A stretch of DNA of 64,000 bases, from positions 519 through 64,518 of the IMG/VR virus record IMGVR_UViG_3300044904_000088. One strand, 5' to 3'. The notes beneath the pieces were generated by a model that saw only the letters and a list, made by a program, of their open reading frames with translations, was not told where the DNA came from and did no database searches. Within the stretch, counting starts at the first letter, position 1; each line of letters opens with the position of its first letter. Position numbers and translations under genes: made by a program. This DNA comes from a virus. Taxonomy: Duplodnaviria > Caudoviricetes. Shown here piece by piece: positions 36,179-44,617 of the stretch.

Positions 36179-36886
36179 TCAGACCGGGAAGACGTGGTCG
36201 CCCGGGTGCTCGGCGGGCATGTTGCAACCGGGCATCGGGCAGCCTTCGACCGTGTTGACCGTGATCGAGCGCCGCTCCTTGTCGACGACGGCGCCGGGGA
36301 AGTACTCATCAGCGTGGTCCAGGACGGCATCGACGATGCGTTCCGGCAGGTCTTTCTCAGGCCGCGCGAACGGGACGACCTTCTGCTCGCCCTCGGTGGG
36401 CGCAGTGCCGAAGCCGGGCTCGAACATCGCCAACTGGCGGTCGAAGAGCGCGATCTCGTCCTGCCAGGCGCCGTACTTGCGCACCACGAACCCGAACTCC
36501 TCGAGGTCGTGCTTCATGACGCGCAGGGCGCCTTTCTCGGACATCGAGCCGTGGCAGAGCTCGTGGCTGACGAGCGCTTCCTGCTGGCTGGCGGAGAGCC
36601 GCGTCCAAGCCCATTCCTCGACGCGGATGATGGCGTCGTAGGCGGTCAGGCCGTGCCAGAGCGGGGCGACTTTGACGAAGCGGGCCAGGACGACGCAACC
36701 GCCATGCTCCTTGGGCTTGGCGCCGCGGACGATGACGCAGCCGAGCTTGAAGTTGTTAGCCCAGCCGAACTGGACCGGGTTGAGGCGGATGAGGCGGTGC
36801 ATAACCGTCTCGATCTCGCCGCTGATCTCGTAGACGACCGGCGCGGCCGGCTCCCTGTGGGCGCGAACATGACGTGGCATGGCCAT
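36179..36886 (-). CDS. Putative phage metallopeptidase
   Basis: W..LS..QQEALVSHELCH..KHDLEEF..VVRKYG.W (HExxH). Confidence 0.75.
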   Translation of the reverse strand: MAMPRHVRAHREPAAPVVYEISGEIETVMHRLIRLNPVQFGWANNFKLGCVIVRGAKPKEHGGCVVLARFVKVAPLWHGLTAYDAIIRVEEWAWTRLSASQQEALVSHELCHGSMSEKGALRVMKHDLEEFGFVVRKYGAWQDEIALFDRQLAMFEPGFGTAPTEGEQKVVPFARPEKDLPERIVDAVLDHADEYFPGAVVDKERRSITVNTVEGCPMPGCNMPAEHPGDHVFPV

Positions 36887-36902
36887 GGGAACAGGACTCC
36901 TT

Positions 36903-37187
36903 TCAGCGCCGCGGCAGGGCGACGCGCTGGCTCGGGCTGGGCTGCGGCCCGCCCGCATCCGCATTGGCTGGGTAGAGATCGCCGACGACGGTCCTGATGA
37001 CGGTGAGTTGGAGAACATCGACTGCCAGGGCCTCTGGCACCTTGCCGTCCGCGCCGACCCTGGGCTGGACCAAGGCGCGGGCGCATCCCGTTAGGTACTG
37101 AAGGACGGCGATGGCGGTGCCCTCCACCTGAGTGATCTCGTCCCGGACGTAATCGCCGAGGCCGATGCCGTTGGTTTCGATCTGCAC
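36903..37187 (-). CDS. Small SH3-like phage protein
   Basis: LGD.VRD.IT..EG..IA...YLTGC....VQP. Confidence 0.6.
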   Translation of the reverse strand: MQIETNGIGLGDYVRDEITQVEGTAIAVLQYLTGCARALVQPRVGADGKVPEALAVDVLQLTVIRTVVGDLYPANADAGGPQPSPSQRVALPRR

Positions 37188-37199
37188 TTGACGAACCTC

Positions 37200-39476
37200 C
37201 TAGTAGATCTGGGTGACTACGGACCCGGACGGGCCCTTGACGACCTCGTAGACCGAGTCGCCGACGTCGGCGAGATCCTGGTGGTGAGAGACGAGCACGA
37301 CCCGCTCCAGTTCGCCCTGGTGGGCGAGGATGCGGAGCGCCTGGCCGAAGGAGCGGCGGGCGTCGGCATCCAGCCCATCCGGCTCGTCGATGACCAGCGT
37401 GCGTATAGCCGTGCCCGCGCGCCGCGCAACCAGGCGCGAGAGTCCGACGGCGATGGCCAATGACACGCTCATGCGCTCACCGCCGCTGTAGAGCGCTAAC
37501 GCGCGCTCACCGGCGTCGTCTGAGACAATCAGGTCGAGCGCCTCGACGATGCCCTTGCCGTCCTTCTTGGCCCGTTGGGCGCGGATGTCCAGCGTCATGC
37601 CCGGGCGCAGTTGCTCGAGCAGTGCATTCGCGCTGGAAGTGAGCTCCGGCAGGACGGATTCGATAATCCGGGCCGGGATACCGGTGGCGCCGAAGGCGGC
37701 CACGAGACGGCGCAGACGGGCGAGCCACAGGTCGGCGGCCCTGAGCGTGTCCCGCAAGACGTCCCGCTCCTCAGCGATGCGCTCGAGGCGCTCAAGGCCA
37801 GCCACAGCCTGGGCGATGGTGCCTGCGACGCGCCGGCGCTCCTCAGCCCGCGCCCGCAGGTTGCTCTCGACCTGGCCCAGGGCGAACTTGGTCTCTTCGG
37901 CCCGGGAGCGCAGGGCATCGCCCTCGCTGGCTCGGGCTTCTGCCTCGCCCAGCGCGGTGCGGGCGGCCTTGCCAGCGGCCTCGATCTCTGCCAGTTCGGC
38001 CTCGGCCTCGGCGATGGTGGCGCGGGCCGTCTCGGCTGCGGAGCGCATCGACTCGAGGAAGCGAGCCGCCTCGCGAGCCGCCAGAGCGGCACGGTGCCCC
38101 GCGCGGGCGTCCGTGAGATTGATCGGGTCGTATGCCAGGGCGTGCCGATTGATCCTCAGGCGCTCCACCTTCGCAGCCTCCATCGCGAGGTGCAGCGGCT
38201 CCTGGGGCTCGGCTCCGATGTCTGCGATGTCCAGTCGCGCCTGCCGCAGCTTCTCCCCGAGGCCTGCCTGATCGTGCTGCCAGGAGTGGTTGCAGTTCGG
38301 GCAGGTGATCGGCGGCAGCTTCCGCAGGTCATCGACCAGTTCGTCGACGCGGCTCTGGCGGGTGGAGCGCTCGTGGAGCCAAGCTTCGTGCAGGACATCA
38401 AAACGGTGTCGGTCGGCTTCGACCGCCGCCGCGTTGGTGGCGATCGCCCGCTCCAGTTCGCGGTCTTCGGCCTCAGCCCGCTCGAGGCGGCCGACCTCGA
38501 TCTCCAATGCTTGGACGTCGGGGATAGCGGAGAGGTCGGGATCTGCGGCCGCGATTGCCCGCGTCGCCTCCTGGCCTTTGCCGAGGGCATCCATTCTTCG
38601 TGCGTTCACGCGCCGGTAGCGGACCGCCTGCTCCTCGAGGTCGGCCTTGCGTTGAGCGGCCTCGCGGGAAGCTGCCTCGCCGGCCGCGATCCCCACCGCA
38701 AGCCCCTGCAAGGTGGCCGCCAGGTTGGCGCGTGTCGCCTCGTCCTGCTGGTCTTCCGCCTCGAGGCCCGCCGCCAGAGCGACCGCCTGTGCCCGGTCGG
38801 CCTCCATCGCCTCGCGCGCCTCCAACTCCGCCTCGAGTCGCGCCACGGTGGCGCGGTCGGCTGCAGTCTTGCCTTCGACGCCGCGCGTCTCTTCCCGAGC
38901 TCGGACCTCTGCCCGTTCCCACAGATCGAGCCCCAGGACGGTCCCCAGGATCCGCTTGCGGTCGCCAGCGGTGGCCTCGGCGAAGCGGTTAGCCTGGCCC
39001 TGGCCGAGCAGGACGGCGGTGTCGAAGGTCGGGGCGTCCATACGCAGGAGGGCCTCGATCTTGGCCTGCGTGTCGCGGATCGTGTCGCCGGTCAGCGGCC
39101 GCCAGCCGCCCGCGTCCCCTTCTTCGCAAGCTGCGCCGTGCTCGAGAGGATTGGGGCAGACATGAGGCGCACGGATCGCGAGTTCGAGGAAGGAGGAGCC
39201 GCGCGCTTTGGTCGAGCGGCCGCGAGTGATGGCGTACTCGGCGCCGGCGAAGGCGATCTCCGCGCGGACGCTCATCTCGTTCTGCCCGAGCTGCACCAGG
39301 TCGTCGGTGCGGCCGCGGGCGTCATCGAACAAGCTGTACCTGAGGGCATCGATCGCGAGTGCCGATTTACCTGATCCATTCGAACCCACGAACGTGGCGA
39401 GCCTCGCCCCCCCGAAGGCCAAGTCCGTGTGCTCGTGCGAAATGAAATGGCGCAAGCTGAGGCTGTTCAGGCGCAC
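37200..39476 (-). CDS. sbcC: SbcC/Rad50-like SMC ATPase
   Basis: GSNGSGKS Walker A, LGQG Q-loop, coiled coil with CPNC hook, YSGGE signature, LVIDEP Walker B, VSH. Confidence 0.92.
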   Translation of the reverse strand: MRLNSLSLRHFISHEHTDLAFGGARLATFVGSNGSGKSALAIDALRYSLFDDARGRTDDLVQLGQNEMSVRAEIAFAGAEYAITRGRSTKARGSSFLELAIRAPHVCPNPLEHGAACEEGDAGGWRPLTGDTIRDTQAKIEALLRMDAPTFDTAVLLGQGQANRFAEATAGDRKRILGTVLGLDLWERAEVRAREETRGVEGKTAADRATVARLEAELEAREAMEADRAQAVALAAGLEAEDQQDEATRANLAATLQGLAVGIAAGEAASREAAQRKADLEEQAVRYRRVNARRMDALGKGQEATRAIAAADPDLSAIPDVQALEIEVGRLERAEAEDRELERAIATNAAAVEADRHRFDVLHEAWLHERSTRQSRVDELVDDLRKLPPITCPNCNHSWQHDQAGLGEKLRQARLDIADIGAEPQEPLHLAMEAAKVERLRINRHALAYDPINLTDARAGHRAALAAREAARFLESMRSAAETARATIAEAEAELAEIEAAGKAARTALGEAEARASEGDALRSRAEETKFALGQVESNLRARAEERRRVAGTIAQAVAGLERLERIAEERDVLRDTLRAADLWLARLRRLVAAFGATGIPARIIESVLPELTSSANALLEQLRPGMTLDIRAQRAKKDGKGIVEALDLIVSDDAGERALALYSGGERMSVSLAIAVGLSRLVARRAGTAIRTLVIDEPDGLDADARRSFGQALRILAHQGELERVVLVSHHQDLADVGDSVYEVVKGPSGSVVTQIY

Positions 39477-39543
39477 GTCGCCCACCTCTTCCCTTGGGCG
39501 GCCACTCGGTGATCGCACCCCTCGACGGAGTACTTCGTCGGTC

Positions 39544-40704
39544 TCACGACGCCACCTCCGCCAGCAGCCGCCGGCCCTCTTCGACCAGCGCGGGTTCGTC
39601 GTCGTCGCCGCGGAAGAACGTTTCCAGCGCGTCGCCCGGGCTCATGGCCTCAGACAGCCCGCCAGCCAGTTCCGGGATGACCATGGGGCGGCGGCGGATC
39701 TCAGCCACCTCGAAGGCGCCGTGGCTTTCTAGGAACCTGCGGACCTCGCCGGCGTCAATCTCGGGGGGCAGGTTGTGAACACGGACGATGGCGCCCATGA
39801 AACGCATCTGATCGACGGCGGCGTCGATCGCGAAGTCCTCTCCGTCGATCGTCACGAACCGCCGCGTGGGCGTTTCGACAAAGCGCCAGTCGAACCGACC
39901 CGGGCCGACGTCGGCGATGACAAAGCCCTTGATCTCCCGCTCCTCGCCGAAATCCACACGTTCGATCGAACCCGGAATCACGACCGGGCAAGCGAGGCCC
40001 TCGAGCATCTGGTGCCGATGCAGGTGGCCCGCCACGATCCCCTCGAAGCCGATGGCCGCCAAGCGGCCCGCGTCGACCACGGTTCCGCGATCCCCGAGGA
40101 AGGCCTGTTGCGTCTCGCTCATGTGGGCGCCAGCGAGCGTCTGGTGGAGGACCAGGACGACGCCATCCGCGACATTCAATGGCGTCGAGGCGGCCCCGGC
40201 CAATGCCTGGGCATAGAGCCCGCCCGCGATCGCCACGATCTGGTCGGCGAGTATCCCGAAGACCTCGTCGTCGGGAATGTGCTCCATGCCCGGCTGGGCG
40301 CGGAGCCAGTGGCGGTCAAGGTACGGGATGCAGCAGATCGCAGTCCGGCCGATCCACGCCACGCCCGGGCGCGCGAAGGCGCGATCCTCGCCGGAAAGCG
40401 TGCGGCCCAGGACCGTGACGATGGATTCGCCGGCGATCTCTCCGTCGTGGTTGCCGCGAAGGAGCACGAGTTTGTCGCCTAGCGCGCCGGCGATCTTGCC
40501 GACCAGCCAAGGGGAGGGATGGCGTCGCTCGGTGAAATCCCCAGCGACCACGAGGGCGTCGCAGCCCTGGCGGAGGGCTTCGGCTGCGCTCCACCGGAGC
40601 GTCGCGAGATCGTCGACCAGGCGGGCGTTCAGGCCCGTCTGCGGGTCGATCCGCTGGCCGTAGGCATCGATGTGGAGGTCAGCGGTGAAGGCGATGCGGC
40701 TCAT
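39544..40704 (-). CDS. sbcD: SbcD/Mre11-like metallophosphoesterase nuclease
   Basis: ADLH, AGD, GNHD, GHLH and GS.ERVDFGE motifs. Confidence 0.92.
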   Translation of the reverse strand: MSRIAFTADLHIDAYGQRIDPQTGLNARLVDDLATLRWSAAEALRQGCDALVVAGDFTERRHPSPWLVGKIAGALGDKLVLLRGNHDGEIAGESIVTVLGRTLSGEDRAFARPGVAWIGRTAICCIPYLDRHWLRAQPGMEHIPDDEVFGILADQIVAIAGGLYAQALAGAASTPLNVADGVVLVLHQTLAGAHMSETQQAFLGDRGTVVDAGRLAAIGFEGIVAGHLHRHQMLEGLACPVVIPGSIERVDFGEEREIKGFVIADVGPGRFDWRFVETPTRRFVTIDGEDFAIDAAVDQMRFMGAIVRVHNLPPEIDAGEVRRFLESHGAFEVAEIRRRPMVIPELAGGLSEAMSPGDALETFFRGDDDEPALVEEGRRLLAEVAS

Positions 40705-41012
40705 GCCTCTGCCTCCGCGCCAGCCAGATCGTCCTCGAGCCCGAGCGGCGTATCGCTTGGCGCGATCCAGTCGGCGACGATGCTCTGGCCAGCGGCGCGG
40801 AGATCGAACTCGGCCTCGTCGACGGCGTGGCAGGTCCCGCGGTAGCGCCCGCCCGCGCAGCCGTCGCAGACCAGGATCCCGGCGGTGACGAGGCCGTTTA
40901 GGACGCGGCGGTCGTCTGGGGCGGCCGGGTGCACGAGGTGGTAGTAGGTGCCCTCCCGAGACAGAATCACGAACGTCCGGCGGTCGATGTCGTAGAAGAC
41001 GGGACCGCTCAT
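40701..41012 (-). CDS. SWIM-like zinc-finger protein
   Basis: CDGC.G.RYRGTCH. Confidence 0.5.
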   Translation of the reverse strand: MSGPVFYDIDRRTFVILSREGTYYHLVHPAAPDDRRVLNGLVTAGILVCDGCAGGRYRGTCHAVDEAEFDLRAAGQSIVADWIAPSDTPLGLEDDLAGAEAEA

Positions 41013-41182
41013 GCCGCCGCCGGCTTCCGAACCGGGCAGCGCTTCAGGTCGCGCAGCCGCCGGTGGTTATGACCGCAGGGCGGCTTTGGGCCGCTGCAGG
41101 GGAAGCAGATGGAGGCCCTCTCGCGGGAACGCGTCTTGGCGGTAAGCCCGCGGCCGCAGAGGGTGCAGTACTTACCACTCAT
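41009..41182 (-). CDS. Small Cys-rich protein
   Basis: MSGKYCTLCGR..ICFPC with ATGA coupling at both ends. Confidence 0.45.
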   Translation of the reverse strand: MSGKYCTLCGRGLTAKTRSRERASICFPCSGPKPPCGHNHRRLRDLKRCPVRKPAAA

Positions 41183-42282
41183 GCCGCTTGCCCCGCCTTG
41201 ATTGCCGCGATCTGGGCGAGTTCGATCCAGAGCGAGCGGAACTCCTCGGCCGGCAGGCTCTTGAACACTGCCTCGAGTGCCTCGGCCTGGGCTGCGCTGA
41301 AGGTGAGGCCGCCCTTCGGATGCTTCTCGTCGACGACGGGCTGCAGCGCGAATACCAAGCCCATGACCGTGCGGATGGACTCACCGCCGAACGGGCCCAG
41401 GATGGCCTTGAGCACCGTCTGCTGCTCTTCGGTTGCGGCTCCGGTCTTGATCGAGCCCGCGGCACCGTCCTGGAGCAGCGCGAGGAGCCTATGGCGGGGC
41501 GGGCCGATCGGCGCGGTGGACGTGCCGCTGATCCAGTCGGGCTCCTCGATGGCCTGGCCCTCGATGACGCCGTCATCGTCGGCTGCCTCGGGCAACTGGT
41601 AGTCCTGGCCCGGACCGACCGCCTTGGCCTGTTCGGGCCCGTAGAGCGCTGGCACGGCTCCGGCCATCGCCTGGAGCATCGCCTTGCGGACGTCGGGGTG
41701 GGCGGTGTTGGGGACGAAGGTGACGACCGCGAAGGGCCTGCGGATCTCCTCGTTCGTATAGCTCGACTTGAGTGAGAGGATCGCGCGGATGGCGCGGCAG
41801 CGGGCCCGGGTGGCCACATGCTCGTAGAAGAAGCCGCGGAACTTCGCGCGCTCCTTGTCGCTGGCCCACGCACGGCGATTGAGATCGACCTCCTTGGTCC
41901 CGGTCGCGGTGATGCGCTGGCCGGTCGGCAGGATCATGGCCACGCCGACGGTGACCCGGATGAGGTCCGGGTTGGTGCCGTCGTCGACGCGGCGCTCATC
42001 GAAGAAGCTGAGGCCGGCGACGCTCGCGAACTTGTTGAGCGCCCGAGCTCCGGGGGCGCGATGGCCATCCGGGACATCGTTGCTCTTGTAGGTGTCGTCC
42101 TCCCAATCGAGGGTCACCACATGGACGACGGGCACCAGCAGATCGGTCGTCATGATCGTCTGCGTGGGCACCAGGCGGTTGAATTTGTCCTCGGGGAAGC
42201 CATCGAGGCTGAACTTGCTGGCAGGCTTGGCGACCAATGCGCCAGCCAGCGCCGCTGTGGCGAGGCCCTTCTCCTCGGTCAT
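41179..42282 (-). CDS. Putative single-strand annealing/recombination protein
   Basis: AAAGGA RBS; TRARCRAIR..L...YT.EE pattern reminiscent of Rad52/ERF/RecT-type SSAPs; upstream of sbcD-sbcC. Confidence 0.5.
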   Translation of the reverse strand: MTEEKGLATAALAGALVAKPASKFSLDGFPEDKFNRLVPTQTIMTTDLLVPVVHVVTLDWEDDTYKSNDVPDGHRAPGARALNKFASVAGLSFFDERRVDDGTNPDLIRVTVGVAMILPTGQRITATGTKEVDLNRRAWASDKERAKFRGFFYEHVATRARCRAIRAILSLKSSYTNEEIRRPFAVVTFVPNTAHPDVRKAMLQAMAGAVPALYGPEQAKAVGPGQDYQLPEAADDDGVIEGQAIEEPDWISGTSTAPIGPPRHRLLALLQDGAAGSIKTGAATEEQQTVLKAILGPFGGESIRTVMGLVFALQPVVDEKHPKGGLTFSAAQAEALEAVFKSLPAEEFRSLWIELAQIAAIKAGQAA

Positions 42283-42547
42283 TGGGACTGTCCTTTCTGG
42301 CCGCGCACCTTCGCTCGGCGCGCGTGTCGTGACGGCTGATTGATGAGGCGCCTGTTCGGCCAGCCGGTCCTGGCGGCGCGAAGTACCTTCTCGGTGCAGC
42401 GGGCGCAGGTCCCAGAGGCTCCGCGGCCGGCCATCGGGCTCTCGCAGATCGAACACTTCAGCGGCTCGGGCTCGGGACGGGCGACGGGCGGGCGAGGAAG
42501 CCCTCGGCGGTCGTCGCCGGCGAGACGGCGGAGGCGGGCAAGACCCA

Positions 42548-42979
42548 TCAGCCGCCCGCCACTGGATCGCGCCACTGATAGCGGCAGGTTCGGCAATAGC
42601 GGTGAAGATGCTCGCCTGTCTGGCCCTCGGCGATCTGATCGCCCCATGAGCATTGAGGCTGCCCACTGCCACTCTCGAACAGGCCCGCGTGCCAGGTTGT
42701 ATGGATATCCGCGCCTAGACACTTGGCGCACGAGAGAGCCGAACCCGTCGGCGGCGCGGCGGGCAGTGAAGGCGTCGTGAACCCGCCCCAGACGTCATGG
42801 AAGGGACAACTGCCGGAGGTGCCCACGGGGGGGCAGTTGCACCGGAACTCAACCGCAGGAGGCACCCAGCGAATCTCTCGCGACCTCGTGCTCTCTGCGA
42901 TCTCAGCCAGCGAGCCCTCGATTCGGCGCAACAGGCTCATGAGGTTCAGGAAGTCGGCGTCAGTCATCAGCGGTTCCAT
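42548..42979 (-). CDS. Hypothetical Cys-rich protein
   Basis: CNC..CPFH; CAKC..EHLH..CRTC.Y.W. Confidence 0.55.
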   Translation of the reverse strand: MEPLMTDADFLNLMSLLRRIEGSLAEIAESTRSREIRWVPPAVEFRCNCPPVGTSGSCPFHDVWGGFTTPSLPAAPPTGSALSCAKCLGADIHTTWHAGLFESGSGQPQCSWGDQIAEGQTGEHLHRYCRTCRYQWRDPVAGG

Positions 42980-43385
42980 TCCCGAAGAGCCTCAAGCACC
43001 TGCTCGCGGTCGAGATAGTCGCCATCGCGGTCGTTTCTCATCTGGACGTCGGTGCCGGTCTCGGTCAGTTCCGCGTCGTAGCGGTCGAGCGCTCGCACCG
43101 CGTCCTCGATATCCGCGCGGACCGACTCCTCGATCCCCTCGACGGCTGGCCGGATGCTGTCGACCAGGCGCTATCCCCTCGGTGGTCTTGATCTTGTTCA
43201 TGCCTGTCTCCTTGCCATCTCCCCGAGCGCCCGCATCCAGCGGTTCGGGCTGCTCGCCAGCGCCTCTGCAGCGATCCTGTCGAGCACCTTCTGCTCGCGG
43301 CGATCGGCCTCGCGGTTGACGCGCTGCCGGATGGCGAACCCGCGTCCGCGGCGGATCTGGTGCTTTGATCTCATGTGGCGGGATC

Positions 43386-44615
43386 TCATCCGAGCGCCTT
43401 CCACGCCGTAAGAAGATCGCCCACGAACGCCTTGACGGCGACCTTGCGGGCGATGCCTTCGATCTGGATGGGACGCAGGGAGCCAGGGGGGGCCTCGATC
43501 TCACGGTCGGGCTCGGCTCCCTGCGTCTCGATTGCGATGGGCCGGAGGCCAGGCGCTTTCCCGATCCCACGGCGCAACTCGGCATCCGGCCCCTCCGGAA
43601 GCGCTGAACCATCCCAGGCGGCGGCCTCAATGGCAGCAACGGCTCCGCGCTCCCGCTGTAGCCGCTCTTTGGCCGCGTCATAGATCTCTCGGTAGACGGG
43701 CACCCGATGGCGCACGATCTGTTCGGCGATGCCCCCGGGCTGCAGGCAGATGGTCCGGCCGATGGGGTTCCAATCGGCTTTCTGGAGCTTGGCCTTGCGC
43801 GGACTCTTGCCGTTGACGACGTGCAGGCCGAGGTAGTGCCAGAGCGAGCGCGTGCCTGTCCCGCGCCGCGGTTCGAGCATCGTGCCAGCGCAAGCGGCCA
43901 CCGCGCCATCGGCGTCGGGCTTGGACCGTCGGGGGCAGGGATCGCCGACGGCGAAGCGCGCCGGCGCGATGTGGCCCTCGGTGCAGGGCTGGCCGGGGAA
44001 ACGGTGCGGATCGCCGATGAGAGCCACCAGGCGGGCCACGTGAACGCCGCCGAGGCCGGGGAACTGCGAGAGCCAGGGCCAGATCGGCTGGCGGCGCAGT
44101 TCGCGCTTCACCTGCTCGGCGAGGCTGGTCCCGACTTTCAGGAGCGACTCAGAGAGCGTCGTCAGGCCGCGCTGCTCGGCGGCGAGACGGGCCTGCTGAA
44201 TGTCGCGCCAGGACCAGGAAAGAGAGGCGAGGAGGGAGCCAGACCGTGCGTCGATCTCAGTTTCGTCTACGGCTTCCTCCTCGTCTTCTGGGAAGGAGGC
44301 AGGCAAGCCACTGGTTGAATCGCCCACATAGTCTTCCTCGGCCTGCCCGCCTCCGTTTGGTGGGGTGGAGATGGGCAGGCCTTGGGCGACGTCGATCTCA
44401 CGGACTACGTCGGCCTGCCCGTCTCCGTTGGTGCCCGGACCATGGTCGGGATCGCTCTCAGTTCGAAGCTCGGTCCGGGCTCCATCTGTTGCGGGAGGAA
44501 AGTGGACGAGCAGGCCAAGAAGTGCATCGATCTCACCAGGGACTTCGGCCTGCTCGTCTACCTCGGCTCGGCCATGACCAGCGTTGTTGTCGATCTCAGG
44601 CAGTCGTTCGGTCAT
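43386..44615 (-). CDS. Tas-like (TasA-type) Nop/IS110-Tnp domain RNA-binding protein, no nuclease domain recognised
   Basis: Short coiled coil then PIWPWLSQFPGLG...ARLVALIGDP.RF, SLWHYLGL, WN, YREIYD..K.R and IARKVAVK.F..DL..W. No N-terminal DEDD RuvC and no HNH; stem-loop arrays embedded in the ORF. Confidence 0.8.
   Translation of the reverse strand: MTERLPEIDNNAGHGRAEVDEQAEVPGEIDALLGLLVHFPPATDGARTELRTESDPDHGPGTNGDGQADVVREIDVAQGLPISTPPNGGGQAEEDYVGDSTSGLPASFPEDEEEAVDETEIDARSGSLLASLSWSWRDIQQARLAAEQRGLTTLSESLLKVGTSLAEQVKRELRRQPIWPWLSQFPGLGGVHVARLVALIGDPHRFPGQPCTEGHIAPARFAVGDPCPRRSKPDADGAVAACAGTMLEPRRGTGTRSLWHYLGLHVVNGKSPRKAKLQKADWNPIGRTICLQPGGIAEQIVRHRVPVYREIYDAAKERLQRERGAVAAIEAAAWDGSALPEGPDAELRRGIGKAPGLRPIAIETQGAEPDREIEAPPGSLRPIQIEGIARKVAVKAFVGDLLTAWKALG
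43472..43653 (-). ncRNA. TIGR-like stem-loop guide array 2 (3 units) inside the 3' part of the tas ORF
   Basis: 33-nt cores at 43609-43641, 43549-43581 and 43483-43515, each closed by its own inverted repeat (e.g. GACGCAGGGAGC..GCTCCCTGCGTC). Confidence 0.8.
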
Positions 44616-44617
44616 GA
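44228..44617 (-). ncRNA. TIGR-like stem-loop guide array 1 (6 units) inside the 5' part of the tas ORF
   Basis: 33-nt cores CGA-N9-TGAGAT-CGA-N9-TGG at 44578-44610, 44515-44547, 44440-44472, 44380-44412, 44308-44340 and 44239-44271, each flanked by a distinct GC-rich stem. Confidence 0.88.

Noticed and set aside
39467-39547. 26-aa ORF MRPTKYSVEGCDHRV.. between sbcD and sbcC, like an HNH N-terminal remnant
   Set aside because: Too short to support a call; may only couple translation.
43386-44615. Active IS110 transposon
   Set aside because: No DEDD RuvC domain, no clear catalytic SG motif after GL, no element boundaries; the gene is coupled within the early operon and carries many guide units.
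44228-44617. CRISPR array
   Set aside because: Constant parts are only 3-9 nt, variable parts are 9 nt, stems are unique to each unit, and no cas genes are present.
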